DNA of 64,000 nucleotides from Ramazzottius varieornatus. Taxonomy: Eukaryota; Animalia; Tardigrada. This document shows, piece after piece, positions 14,396 through 26,609 of the stretch. The stretch lies in assembly GCA_001949185.1 (NCBI GenBank), contig BDGG01000002.1, forward strand, positions 3,958,448 through 4,022,447, in the 5' to 3' direction. Positions within the stretch are counted from its first letter, which is position 1. Every line of letters starts with the position of its first letter. The notes under the pieces were generated by a model, which ran no database searches, had not been told where the DNA came from, and worked only from the letters and a program-made list of their open reading frames with translations. Position numbers and translations under genes: made by a program.

Positions 14396-15105
14396 NNNNN
14401 NNNNNNNNNNNNNNNNNNNNNNNNNNNNNNNNNNNNNNNNNNNNNNNNNNNNNNNNNNNNNNNNNNNNNNNNNNNNNNNNNNNNNNNNNNNNNNNNNNNN
14501 NNNNNNNNNNNNNNNNNNNNNNNNNNNNNNNNNNNNNNNNNNNNNNNNNNNNNNNNNNNNNNNNNNNNNNNNNNNNNNNNNNNNNNNNNNNNNNNNNNNN
14601 NNNNNNNNNNNNNNNNNNNNNNNNNNNNNNNNNNNNNNNNNNNNNNNNNNNNNNNNNNNNNNNNNNNNNNNNNNNNNNNNNNNNNNNNNNNNNNNNNNNN
14701 NNNNNNNNNNNNNNNNNNNNNNNNNNNNNNNNNNNNNNNNNNNNNNNNNNNNNNNNNNNNNNNNNNNNNNNNNNNNNNNNNNNNNNNNNNNNNNNNNNNN
14801 NNNNNNNNNNNNNNNNNNNNNNNNNNNNNNNNNNNNNNNNNNNNNNNNNNNNNNNNNNNNNNNNNNNNNNNNNNNNNNNNNNNNNNNNNNNNNNNNNNNN
14901 NNNNNNNNNNNNNNNNNNNNNNNNNNNNNNNNNNNNNNNNNNNNNNNNNNNNNNNNNNNNNNNNNNNNNNNNNNNNNNNNNNNNNNNNNNNNNNNNNNNN
15001 NNNNNNNNNNNNNNNNNNNNNNNNNNNNNNNNNNNNNNNNNNNNNNNNNNNNNNNNNNNNNNNNNNNNNNNNNNNNNNNNNNNNNNNNNNNNNNNNNNNN
15101 NNNNN
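14396..15105. other. Assembly gap (710 N)
   Basis: Run of n characters. Confidence 1.
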
Positions 15106-16126
15106 GGGAAAGCTACTCGTAGAGGCTAGGTGCAGTCGAGATATCTCCGGAGTTGTCGCTTCTGAAATTCTCTCCACCTTTTCAGGAGTGGCTCGAAATT
15201 CGGAAGAGTAAAGGGAGGCCAGGTAGCAGGTTCGACGTGTGTGATGTCATCAGCGAAGTCATGAGGTGCTCCTCGCGACCGAAGAGAATTTATTATTCAT
15301 CTCTTAAAGCGAGTAGCTTTTTCACTTATCAGTAGTGCTCACAAAGAAGCTGTTATCTAAACACATTACCACTGAACCTTCGGCAACTGCGTATCGCGGA
15401 GTCGTGTGCAGATTTCCGAAAGTTCGCTCGGTTATGCTTGAATGGATCGCTCTTGTGTTATTAATTCTCCTCTGTCGATGCGGCCTAAACTCTGAAGTAG
15501 CCGCTGCGATAAATTTCTCAGTGCCAGCTCACAAACATCATAATTTATACATCGTCATCGAGCGATGTTTCCAGATTTTAGTGAGGTCCAGATCGAAATT
15601 CTGGCAAGAATAAAGGAAGACAAACAGAATAGGATTGGCCATTTGGGGTAGAATTCGGACTTGAATGGGCGTTGCCGGCGGGTGCGGAATGGCTCGCCTT
15701 CAAATTCAAGTGAGCCCTGGCAAGCCATCAGGCCCGTGAAAACTGCGCTTGCTGACTTTGTGGATGTGCATCGGTGTGTACGGTACGGCCGGCTTGGCTG
15801 GTTTTCCCGCGTCGATTCGATTTTCGCACACGATGGTGGAAGGAAGCCATCCTTTCAGTGCGCGCATTTGATACTCGGTCGTCCTCGATATTTTATTTGC
15901 AATTGCAACCGTCGTCTTCTCCGTCCTTTCTCTGCCATTCCCCATTGACTGCAGTACTAGTCCTTGCTCTGCACCACTGGTTTTGTAACCTTTACGTTGC
16001 GTAACCTTCCATTGTTTCCAAGCGCGAAGCCAGTAGTTCCTCTGCCAGGAAAAGTGCCTGACCAAATTCACGTCGTTGCCTTTTTGTGTATACTCTTTAC
16101 ATCTGAACTTTTAGCTCAGTCTCAAG

Positions 16127-16606
16127 ATGGATAACGCTACCGGATCCACCGCAGCTACCAGCTCCAGCACTGGAGGCAAAGCAGGCGGCAAGAAGAGTGT
16201 GGGAAGACCCAAGAAAGCGACCGGAGGAGCAGCAGCCAAGAAAGCCTCACCAGCCAAATCTTCCCCCGCCAAAAAGACTGGCGGAGCTGGAGGAGACTCC
16301 AAGCAGACCAAGAGGAAAGCCACCGCTAAGGCTGGAGGTTCCGCCAAGAAGGGAACGGGAGTCCAGAAGAAAAAGGCAGCCGGCGGCAGCGCATCCAAGA
16401 GCAAAGGAAAAGGTAAGAAAGCTCAGTTTATAGTTTAGATTTTTGATTGATCAAATTGTTGAAACTGCGTTATTCGATCGAGTCAATATTAAGCTTCAGC
16501 TTGAGTTTCTCCTTCAGGAGCTTCCGCCAAGAAGGGATCGACTGCCAAAGCAGGAGGATCGGCAAGTAAGAGCAAGGGAGGTCGAGGATCCAAGAGCAAG
16601 AAGTAA
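16127..16606 (+). CDS. Small, highly basic, disordered protein (histone H1-tail / Dsup C-terminus-like), 2 coding exons, 124 aa
   Basis: Exon 16127-16412, GT-AG intron 16413-16517 (gtaaga...tctccttcag), exon 16518-16606 reading GASAKKGSTAKAGGSASKSKGGRGSKSKK*. It has 30 Lys, 3 Arg, 2 Asp, and GRPKK and SPAK motifs. Confidence 0.85.
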
Positions 16607-17479
16607 ACGGGAGACTTCTGTGGATGATGAACGAATGAACCAAGACGAAGAAAGTATTTTACGGGAATTTACGAAAGCAGAGTTTGTCCTTTGTAGACAG
16701 TACAATTTTGCATTCCTGATTCCTTCCCTGTTTATGTCGCCTTAACTTTTACAGCAGTAAGTTCTCTGTTGTTATTTTTTCCAGTGAAGCGCGTTTGATT
16801 GAAGTTTGCTGTTGGTATATCTCCGTTTTCCGTCTTGTTCCGTTTCCGTTGGCCGTTGTTTTGCTTCATTTTATGTTCAGGACTTCTTCCACGATCTCCC
16901 CAACGTCAATTATTTCTTTGAACGCGTATGACCAACTTATACAGCCAATTCCAATCTTTAATTTTTGTGAAAACGAAATACCTTCAGTAGAAACCCTCAC
17001 ATGACCAAAACAACTCCCTTCCGTTCATTTCCTCGTCCGCCTGCATTTACCGGTTTTTTTTTAAATTTTTGGGCCTATTCTGGCTGAAGAGATAAGTAGG
17101 CAGTTGGAGATGGAGCAAGAGGCAATCGATGTGTTGAGCGGAAAGAGAGAGAGTTGAGCCTGCTGAAGGAGTCTTTGTTCGTGCTTGGCCCGGAGAGGCT
17201 GCTTGCTTTTGGCTTTAGCTTCACTTCCCTCTTGCTGCTCGTTGGGAGGATGTTGTGGATGTGAGCGAGCAGGGTGGAAAAAGGAAGGTTTCTCCTGTGT
17301 GTACCATGTGCGATGTGCTCGTGTCGATCAAGGATGCAAGTGCCTGAGAATTTGTCTTTAAGCTTTTGAGAGAAATCCGATACACAGATCGAGCCTTTGG
17401 GTAGAGTGTGCGCGATGCTGGGTGGAATATCCAACAAGCACCGTCATTCCGTCATTTCCGTGATGATGATGAATCTCCG

Positions 17480-18020
17480 ATCGCTGCACACCACCCTTTG
17501 CAAAACGAAGCTACTCTCGGCATAATATCTCGGTCAGCAGCAGTCATAAAGAAAACAGTGCGCCCGCTCGATGAGCGATGCTTGACTGCAACTGGCCATA
17601 GGCCAGCCGTTGTGAAAGCCATTAAACGCGACAAGTACTACCAACCCAATGGAGATGGAGCAGGAAGCCCTCATCAACAGAGAGCTGTTACTGATGATAC
17701 GGCCATTACGGCTACTCTACCCGCTCTGTAATCAAAAGGAAAGCAATGTTACACATCGTTCACAAATTTCCACAACGAGTAACTTGACCTACAATGAGCC
17801 CGAGGAAAAGTAACACAGCCTTGCAGCCATCTTCTTTTCATAAACTTCCCTGAAGGCCACTCGGACCATTGAATTGACTTCCTCTTGGCCGTCTACAAAC
17901 CTTTTATGGACTGGATATGACTAAACGGTTAGACCCTTGGGCTCTTCGTATCACACCTCGTTTCCACAGCATACAGGTTCCTCATGATCAGTTTCAGTTC
18001 TCACTCTTTATCGAAGACGG
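17480..18020 (+). mobile_element. Heavily decayed non-LTR retrotransposon reverse transcriptase relic
   Basis: Collinear degenerate LINE RT motifs across broken frames: VIKKTVRPLD..TATG, KESNVT, FPEGHS, LDMTK.LD, VP....FSLFIED. Compare LD.SKATG, WKxANVT, GFR.G.ST, FLD.SKAFD, GVPQG...FSLFIND. Confidence 0.45.
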
Positions 18021-18389
18021 TTGTGTCCCTATGATCCGAGTGAGACTATCAGCGGCTCCTCGACAGAGAAAGTGTTTACTTAGGTTTTTCTTTCCTGTCG
18101 AGGAACAGAGCCAGATTTGGCATCAAAACTGCCTTCAATTCTTCAGATTCGCAGGAGTACAACGAGATTGCCGCTTACTCTTTTCTTGCCAAAATGTGAT
18201 CGCGGCCCACAGTACTGAGATCGCTAGGAGGTGATCAACATTCCGTACCAGGGAAACCCGCTTTAATCAATTGCAAACTCAAGAAGAATTGGCACCTAAG
18301 TATAGAAAATAGGGTGCGAGATAAACAACATTTTTCGATTCTTGGCGTTTCTTTCGGTCAGCTTCGGAAAGCCTTCGCGTTGCCTGACT

Positions 18390-21300
18390 TCAGCTTGTCT
18401 CTCCACCACTTTCCTCCTCGCTTTGAACGGGCGTTTCATCGCCTTGCTCCCCGCCATTTCCCTTCTTTCGTTGTCGACGAAGTCTTTTAGGCTTGCCTGG
18501 CTTGGTCAGTTGGACCGACGGTTGCACTTCCTTATTCGCGCCCGCTGCTTCTTCTGGTCGTCGTTCCCTCCTGGCCACCTCTTCCTCCCAAGCCGTTATA
18601 TTTCTGACACACCCGTGAACCAGCTCAGCCGTGTTGGGGATAGCTGTGGCCAAAAGTGTAAACATGGGTAAGACAATGTGTTTCAGATAGCCTATTTGAT
18701 CTTTGGGCATATTGGGATAGTTGTCCCTGTCCATCATCGGCATCGGCTGATCACCGTACAGTCGCTCAGTGTCACCTTGTTGGTGGAACTCATAGTACAA
18801 GTCTTCTGTGCTGGCCCGATGGATTTCCCACGGCTTGGCAGAGACCACCAAGTCCGAGGAAGACATCATCAAGTTCATGACACGTTGACGATGGTCAGCA
18901 TTGTCAATGTCTAATTTTGTGTGGAGGATGTGTTCGAGGGTATTCTTTTCGGCAAAGTATGTCATTTGATCCGTGGCTAGAATGGCTTGTTTGACTAGGA
19001 AAGCGAACTGACTCTTGTCACCGTCAGACCAGCCGGAGAGGATGTCGTTCTCGGTGGACGACATGAGGCGGAAGGTCTCGCGAATGTGGTGGTGCTCCAT
19101 GTGGGATGCTGTGTAGAGCGTGTCGAAGGCTGTGGAGAACCGTTTTGTGAAGCTGTTGTTGTAACCGAAGTGGTCAAGGTCGTGACAGACGCCGGCGATC
19201 ATCAGGGCTTTCCGCTCCAGAATGTTGAGGAAATTCGCGTTCGTGTAAAGTATCACGAACAAGCAATGCGCCACCTTAAAAAAAACAGACTATGCTGACT
19301 TGTGCAAAACATACCATTTTGTAATCGTAACCAAAACCGTTTTCGTTCTGCGCCATTCTGGAGGATTTACTCGTATGGTTGCGAAATGATAATGCATTGA
19401 CACAACGTGAACCAAATACACGTATAGAGAAATCAGACTCGCCGTTTCTCTACTGAAGCTCTCATTTGGATCTACGGTAAAGGATGGTTCGAATACAAGT
19501 ACGGTACTGACGTGGAAGCCATGGGGCCAAGTGTGGTACCGAATATTCCGGTAGCCTTCCCGTACAGCAAGAACGAAAGACATGAGTTTCTCCCTGTGGA
19601 ACCCATCCGGTCCAAAGAGCGTATCCAGCATGAATACCAGCATCCCCGGCAACGCAAAGTCATCCACCAGGTACTTCGCACAGTAGAAGTCGTACGTGAA
19701 GAAGTCTTCCGGCGGCTGGAAGCTCTCATCACACAGCTTTCCCAGAGCAACGGAATCCGCCCTGTTCTCGTTACACAGCTTGAAGAACAGTTCTTCCTCC
19801 AGCTGTAAACAATACCACAACCATCTATCAAGGATGCAGAAACAGACGGTGTACAGATTAAAAGCAAACGGATTTCTTATCTACTTTGAGAGGTCTCGAA
19901 GTGACGGACATGCGGTGCCGGAAGTAGTGGGTGCCCATCGCGGAATAGCAGAACGACATCAGCGACCTCAACACGTTCTCTTCACACTGGGTGAAACCAT
20001 CCTTTCCGGCCGAGTTGACGAGCAGAAGGACTTCACAGGCTCTGCCTTCCCAGTCTTCGTTGAAGGCCATCGCGAGGAAGTTACACACCGGCGGACCCGG
20101 AAGCTTGTTGTCTAGGCCCATCTGTGCGATCCAGGCGTGAGAGGAATGTCGGACGTTGATAGAGTCGTCGAGATACTGAATGTTCCGGAAGAAAGTCTCC
20201 TTAATGGGAAGCGTCACTTCTTTAGAGTAGTCGTAATGGTAACCTTGCTTGGAAAACTTCCCTGTACAACAAAATCGGTTGCAACAAACAACGCAAAACG
20301 AAACGTCGGGAAACGATTCCACCCTGATTTTTGTCTCAAGCGGCGCACATGTCTGTTAATAGTAACGAAGATCGTGCGCCACTTGAAAAAAACCGATGTG
20401 GGTGAATTAAGATCGTCAACGCCGCAGATATTCTAAATTTGTTTGTTACCGGTATCGTAAACGGAAGCCACTGCGATATTGTCGTGGTGGTTCATCCTGA
20501 ACAGATGCACCCTGTCCGCGTTCATCTGACTCTTGATCAGCACCATGAACTTGTACAGGACGTTATCCCAGTTGGCCGGTCTGACGTATAGCTCCTGGAA
20601 TCTTGCGCCAAGTATTCTGTATGTGTTCACTTCTCTCCGGCAGTCCGCTCCACGCCAGACCATGTTAGCGAAGAACGTGATGTCCTCCACTGTTCCAATG
20701 AAGAGATCTTCCGGGAACGGCGCTGAAAAGTTCCATGTCCGGGTGAACTCTACGGCTCCTCTGATTACATCGTCCGAGTCACGCAGAGGTATGGCCATCA
20801 GGTGTCGGATGTTCGAGTCACGATCGCTGTTCGTCATGATAGCGTAGCGCAGATCGTGATCGATGTGGTTCCGCAGGAGAGCCTTGCCAATTTTCACGGC
20901 TTCGAGAGCAGGAAACTTCTGGACTAGACGGATTATCGTTGATGCACCTACCAGACCACAAAGAACGAAATAAAGACGGAGCACCGAAGAAACAAGATAA
21001 TATGGAATGTTTCAGGCACCTACACAGCCTACGCTGCACACATACTGTAACAGCAGAGCATGCAGGTTCGTGCAAGACGGAAGCAAAGGCGTACCTGATG
21101 GTCCCATCTTGCGTAGAGTGTCTCGTCCATGGTCCGTCGAGTACACCGAAGTCTCCTCCGCCCATATGGCCTTCCCGTAGTTCTGAGCGTAGTCGTAGAT
21201 GATTGAAAAGTCCGAAGATTCAGGAAAAGTCCCTACCATCGCTTCGCTCTTCTCTTCTTCCGTATAGCCCGGATCGCCACCGGCGTTTTCCGCCCCTTCC

Positions 21301-22563
21301 TCGGCACCTTCTTCCAGTTCCACCTTGTCTCTAGGTTCCGCGGGATCGAACCTGGTCTTGACACTAGGATGGATCAGCAACGAAGAGTTAACTTGAAAAC
21401 TTTCTTTCGGTGCTTTGATGTCAGGCAGGACGGTAGCGTTTAACATTGCTTCAGTTCCTACTTCCGGTTCGCGTTCTTGTACAACTGGAGGAGTTTCAGC
21501 TCTTCGGTGAAGGACGCTTGTGGGCTCCTGAGGGTGGAGGAGGTGCGGTGGACATTCGTCAACGTCCCCGATGCGGATGTACTTGGGAGTGGATGTGGAG
21601 CTTTGAACGTTAATCTTGTGGTGTTCGAAGAGCTTCGAACCATCAACAGGGTGATCCTGCTGACCGAATTCGCCACCAAGTTGATGTGAAGACTTCTTCC
21701 GAAGCTTGAACGGGAAACGATCCGTCTTAAAGGTCTCCTTAGGATACACATCTGTAATCGAAGACAAATTTCACGTACAGCACAGTCATCGGAAAAATAG
21801 CAAAAAGATTAACAGCGAACTGATTAAGTTACAGAAAATATTTTTTTCCTTGTTGTTGTTCGTACGGTGTCTCACTCGCGCAGGCAGCCGGGATCCCAAT
21901 GAACCGCTGATTCAGTTCGTCAAAGTTCAGCGTTCCTTTCTTCACACACTGGCTGGTCGCATACACGTCCTCCCCTTCCGTGTCCAGCACATCACAAAAC
22001 AGATTCTCCAACTCCCGATCTTCAAAGTGTTTCAGTAGCAAATCATGCAAAAACTCTCGATCTAACGTTCCATAAAACTGCAGCGCCACTTTCAGGTCGT
22101 TAGTGGTCATGTCACTGTGGCTATGTCGAGGGTCCTTCCGCGGACCATCAAAGTCCACTTGCTGCCCGACATTATTCGGGTTCTCCATCTCCACTTCTTC
22201 CTTCTTCTTACCCTTTCCTCTACCTTCCTTAGCCTTCTTCCCTCGCTTTTCTGTCTTCTCGTCTGGCACAGGTGATTCAGGTGGATTCAGCGATGGCCGA
22301 TCTGCCTGTGGTGCTTCTGCCTGTTCAAGGGTATTTTCTTCTCCCTTTTCGACCGGAGCGTCTGTAACTTCCGGTAATACTTCCGGCAGTGTTCCATCTA
22401 GTTGCACAGGTGTATCTTCCGGTGGTGGTAATTCCACCGCATCATTGGTAACTGTGTCACGACGCACTTCCACTCCAGGCTCTATCGGACTGTCGTTGAC
22501 TGGAACAGGTTCCACTGGTTCTGGCGCTTTTTGTTCGATCGGCTCTTCCGCAGAATCCATCAT
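18390..22563 (-). CDS. GAF-domain class I cyclic nucleotide phosphodiesterase (PDE10-like), multi-exon
   Basis: Catalytic motifs YHTWPHGFHV, CHDLDHFGYNNSF, MEHHH, ILATD, SDL..AKPW, EFHQQGD, PMMDRD, DQIGY. Two upstream GAF-like exons (LMAIPLRD; FLAMAF...VNS...FT) and a long acidic N-terminus. Confidence 0.9.
20338..20384. repeat. Palindromic dispersed element (core), in PDE intron
   Basis: AAGCGGCGCAC-N25-GTGCGCCACTT. Confidence 0.8.
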
Positions 22564-22945
22564 GCCACAAAGCTTAGCCTAATCGACAACCCAGAATCAC
22601 CTGAACTTCTAGTGGTTAGTGCGAACGAGAAAGTGTTCAAACGAAGATGGCAGTGGAACTTTTTCTCAGTGTGAACAGTACCGCTAGTAGTCTAGGTGAC
22701 TGTAGTGGAAAAGGCGCATGCATTAAGAGATGATGGGCCGGCTTTGTAGCAAAAGACAAGATGATCCCAAGTGTCGACAATATAATATTTTTTTAAAGCC
22801 CATTGATTGTCGTGATAAAAACCTCTAAAGTCAGCCGTACTTTGCGATGAGTATTGTTTTAGTGAAGTTTCAATACGCGAATAAAGAATGTTAGGCTATG
22901 AAAGCACCGGAAGTGGCAACAACTCAACTAGATGCAGTACCTCTT

Positions 22946-24159
22946 TTATTCCAGTCCAATGTTTCCGTTCTGCTTTCCTTCCTTGACGCTCTTAGAGAAA
23001 GCCACGAAGTCGTCCTTGGAATACGTGGTAGCCTTGACATCGGGATCTGCTAGCATACGATCCATCCAAGCCTTGATCTTTGGGTATCTGCTTTCCTCGA
23101 ACTTGAAGGCTTCCGAGCTTCCTTCGGCGATCGACTCAAGTCGTTCGAACCAGGGCCAGACCATCAAGTCCACAAATCCCATGGTTTTACCTGCATAACG
23201 AAACAGAGTAAACTTCCAAAACTTAAATTTCCTTTTGAGAGACTTGATGCTATGCAGTACAGGAAGTGCAGTACGATCATGTAAATGTCAGCCGTACTGT
23301 ACCAGCGAAGAAGTCACCAGTCAACATCTGATCCACTTCCTCCAAACCCTTCAGCAGCTTGTCCGCGCTTTCGTTCTTGTAGACCATGGCCATCAAAGGT
23401 GTATTGACCTGCCAAAAAAACCATGCAGCAATGTCAAGTTACAGCAAACGATTGAACAATCGAAGAAAATCCCGAATATCAGAACGAAATTTTATCTGAT
23501 AGGCTATAAAGTCAACTTCTACATGCAAACGACATCATCAAGTGTTTGGTGTCGTCCGCAGAAATCTCAGACACATTGGCAGACATTTGGTCACATTGAT
23601 ATACCTTCTGCGTGACGAGTTCGATCATGACTTTCTGCAGAGCTCGCTCGTGATGATCAGCCGGAAGTATCTTCTTGTCACCCTTGTACTGATCGTCAAG
23701 ATACTCCGCCACGATCAAGGACTCAAACAGCGGCCTCTTTCCTGGCTCCTCAATGGTCGGAACTTTGCCAAGGGGATTGCGCTTCAGGAACCATTCGGGC
23801 TTGCTTTTCAAATCGATGTTAATGACATCGTACCTGCAATATGGATCGTAATTAACACTGACAGGCGCAGCTGCCAAAGCTCCAAGTTCCAACCCATCTT
23901 CCGAGACAGAAACGATAACTAATGATTTCGCTTACGGAACATGCTTCACGTTCAGGACGAGTCGTGCTCGTTCGGCGTAGGGACAGAAGCGCATGCTGTA
24001 CACGGTCAAAGCGTTTTCGTTGATTTTCGGCATCTCGGAGCCTAAAAATGTACATTACGCACTTCACCATACAGTTAAGAACACATCCATCCCACGGTCT
24101 GCAAGCATTTTCTCGCCTGCTTTGAAGTCTTTCGACTCTCCTGGGATCTGTCCCACCAT
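22946..24159 (-). CDS. GSTO: Glutathione S-transferase omega, copy 1, multi-exon
   Basis: LTVYSMRFCPYAERARLVL, YDVINIDLKSKPEWFLKRNPLGKVP, LFESLIVAEYLD, GFVDLMVWPWFERL; ends ...GNIGLE*. Confidence 0.93.
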
Positions 24160-24812
24160 CCTGAATGCCGAGCGAGACGTCGATGAGTTAAATAAGACCT
24201 GTTGAATCTGCAAGGAAGGATATCTTGGCATGGCGAAAAACACGCCCTCGTGAAACTTCCGGTGTAGCAGTTGGTAGCGCTTATAGAGTTATCTACTTAC
24301 CAGAATTTTGATGTTTGATAGGAACGCAGCCTGAAGCAGGGAGAAGATGATGGTTTCCTCACGCCGGAAGTTCAAACTGCGACTGACTATCAGAGATTTC
24401 GAGTGACTTGCAAATACCGGTATGCATACGAGGTAAGTGGCAATTTGGAAGTCATCTTGTCATTGAGATCCAACAGACCATGACATGACAATACTTACAC
24501 CATGTCATACATACAGTATTAGACAACAGATGAAGGGCTTAAAGTGACCTGGCTCTCGAGGATCCATATTCAAAACTGAGACGTACGGTACGTGGTAACG
24601 CTTTCCGTGTTTATTACTACAAAAACTAAGGGTTCAACTCGAAACTTTCTGCCTGGCCAGAAGTTGTCTTAGTGAAATGCAGAAGATTACAAACTTTCGG
24701 GATAAAAAGAAGCCTCGAGAGGCATCGCAAATCATTCTGGATGAAATAATTCACGTTTACAGTACATGAAAACCTGTAAGGAGGATGGCGGGATCTGCCG
24801 TCTGAAAGATGC

Positions 24813-25879
24813 CTAGAACCCTTGTGCCAAGTCTTCCGTGGAGTCAAAGACCAATGTTCGCGTCCTGTTTCCCCTCCATCGCGCTTTCAGAAAGGTGGTG
24901 AAGGTTTCCTGTGAGTAAGCGGTATCTTTGACATCGGGATCATTCAGCTTTCGTTCCATCCACAGCTTGATTTTAGGATAGCAAGAGAAGTCGATCTGGA
25001 GAGCCCCGGGCCGAGCATCCGCGAGGGAAGCGAGACGCTCGAACCACGGCCATACCATCAGATCGACGAACCCTTGCGAAGAACCTGCAATCTTGCATGT
25101 TAGATATAACCGTATCCCAACTTCCGGTTCCCAAACATAAGCATACCGGCGAAATATTCGCTGGTCAGCATCTTTTCCACATCTTCCAGACCTTTCAATA
25201 TAGCATCCCCACTTTCGTTCTTGAACAAGACCCCGTAGAACGGAGTGGTGATCTGCAACAATTGGATGATAAAATCGGTGACAGCTCGAGCATGCAATTT
25301 TGTATTATGGTCATGTGTAGTGGAACGAACTCGTACGTTTTGTGCAATGACCTTCTGTCGAGCCTTTTCGTACGGGTCACTGGGAAGAACTTCACGGTTG
25401 CCCTTGAACTGCTCGTCGATGTACTCTGCGACGACCAAGGACTCGAAGAGTGGCTTCTTGCCGGGTTCTTCGATAGCCGGTACCTTGCCAAGGGGATTAC
25501 GCTCCAGGAACCATTCGGGCTTGCTCTTGAGGTCAATGTTGATCACTTCATACCTGCAACGTCCATCGCTTGCTAAAAGTGATCAAGGTACAGTATACCT
25601 CTCACTGTAGAAGATTGGACTGAGATCCTGTTATAGATGGCGCGATAGGGGCGTGGACTTACGGAACATGCTTGGTGTTAAGCATCAACCGGACGCGTTC
25701 GGCATACGGGCAAAATCGCATACTGTACACCGTGACTCCATTGTCGTTGATCTTTGGCAAAGCAGAACCTGGAAGAGACAATGCAAGCATATGATTGCCA
25801 CGAGCCTCGCAAGTCTGATGGAACTCATCGAAGTACCTTCTTGGAAGTCCTTGGACTTTCCGGGTATCTTACGTACCAT
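24813..25879 (-). CDS. GSTO: Glutathione S-transferase omega, copy 2 (tandem paralog with C-terminal frameshift)
   Basis: VTVYSMRFCPYAERVRLML, INIDLKSKPEWFLERNPLGKVP, LFESLVVAEYID, MVWPWFERL; exon layout similar to copy 1. Confidence 0.9.
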
Positions 25880-26609
25880 TTTGAGTTAATACTACTGAGC
25901 TCAGTGAAAATTCCCAAACCGGCGTTTAGAAACTGGTTAATTCAGAAGCACTTTCCAAAGACTTGTGATCACTGAGCATGGCATCACCGGTCTTTTTGAC
26001 CGAAAGTCTACGCTTATCGATCTTCGTTGATACATTATCTGGAGACGACCGGCGATATCTGCAACGTAATAATAACCCACCATGTCATGCGACAATACTA
26101 CGGAGGTAAACAAAGAGTGATTTGCATTTACGTATCCCACAGATCGAGGTAAGCACCACACGAAATCGCTTAGCAGTCACTGTGTACTGCATCAACCTGC
26201 GATGGTGGATTATGAATAGGTGCGTAATCGGTCGTCGATGATTGTGCTGCCTTCAGTTCGCAGCGACCCAGATGTCCGTCTGACGAGAACCTCAAAACTT
26301 CAAACTCCGTCGAAAACCGATCGTGGGGAATACAAAAAAATCGAGAAAACCACAAAACGAAAATAAAATATGTGCGTGGTGTATAAGAGCCTCTAGAGGA
26401 AAGAGCAACTCGATTGTCCAAAACCCCGAGATTATTACACTACTGAGATAGTGACACAGAGACCACATACTTTTCGGGCAAGAGGCCACAATCGCTGAAG
26501 TAAAACGGTAAAACGGTAAGTAATTGCAAACGTACGAACGAAACACAATACGATCAAGCCGGTAATGGTACGTACCGGTCTTGCTTCTTTGACAGTTTGA
26601 TCCACGGCT

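Noticed and set aside
14239-15211. Long ORFs of 286-477 aa spanning 14.3-15.2 kb
   Set aside because: Artifacts of translating through the N gap.
16127-16606. Calling the basic protein Dsup or canonical histone H1
   Set aside because: It is far shorter than Dsup, lacks the RRSSRL motif and has no winged-helix domain. The similarity is low-complexity only.
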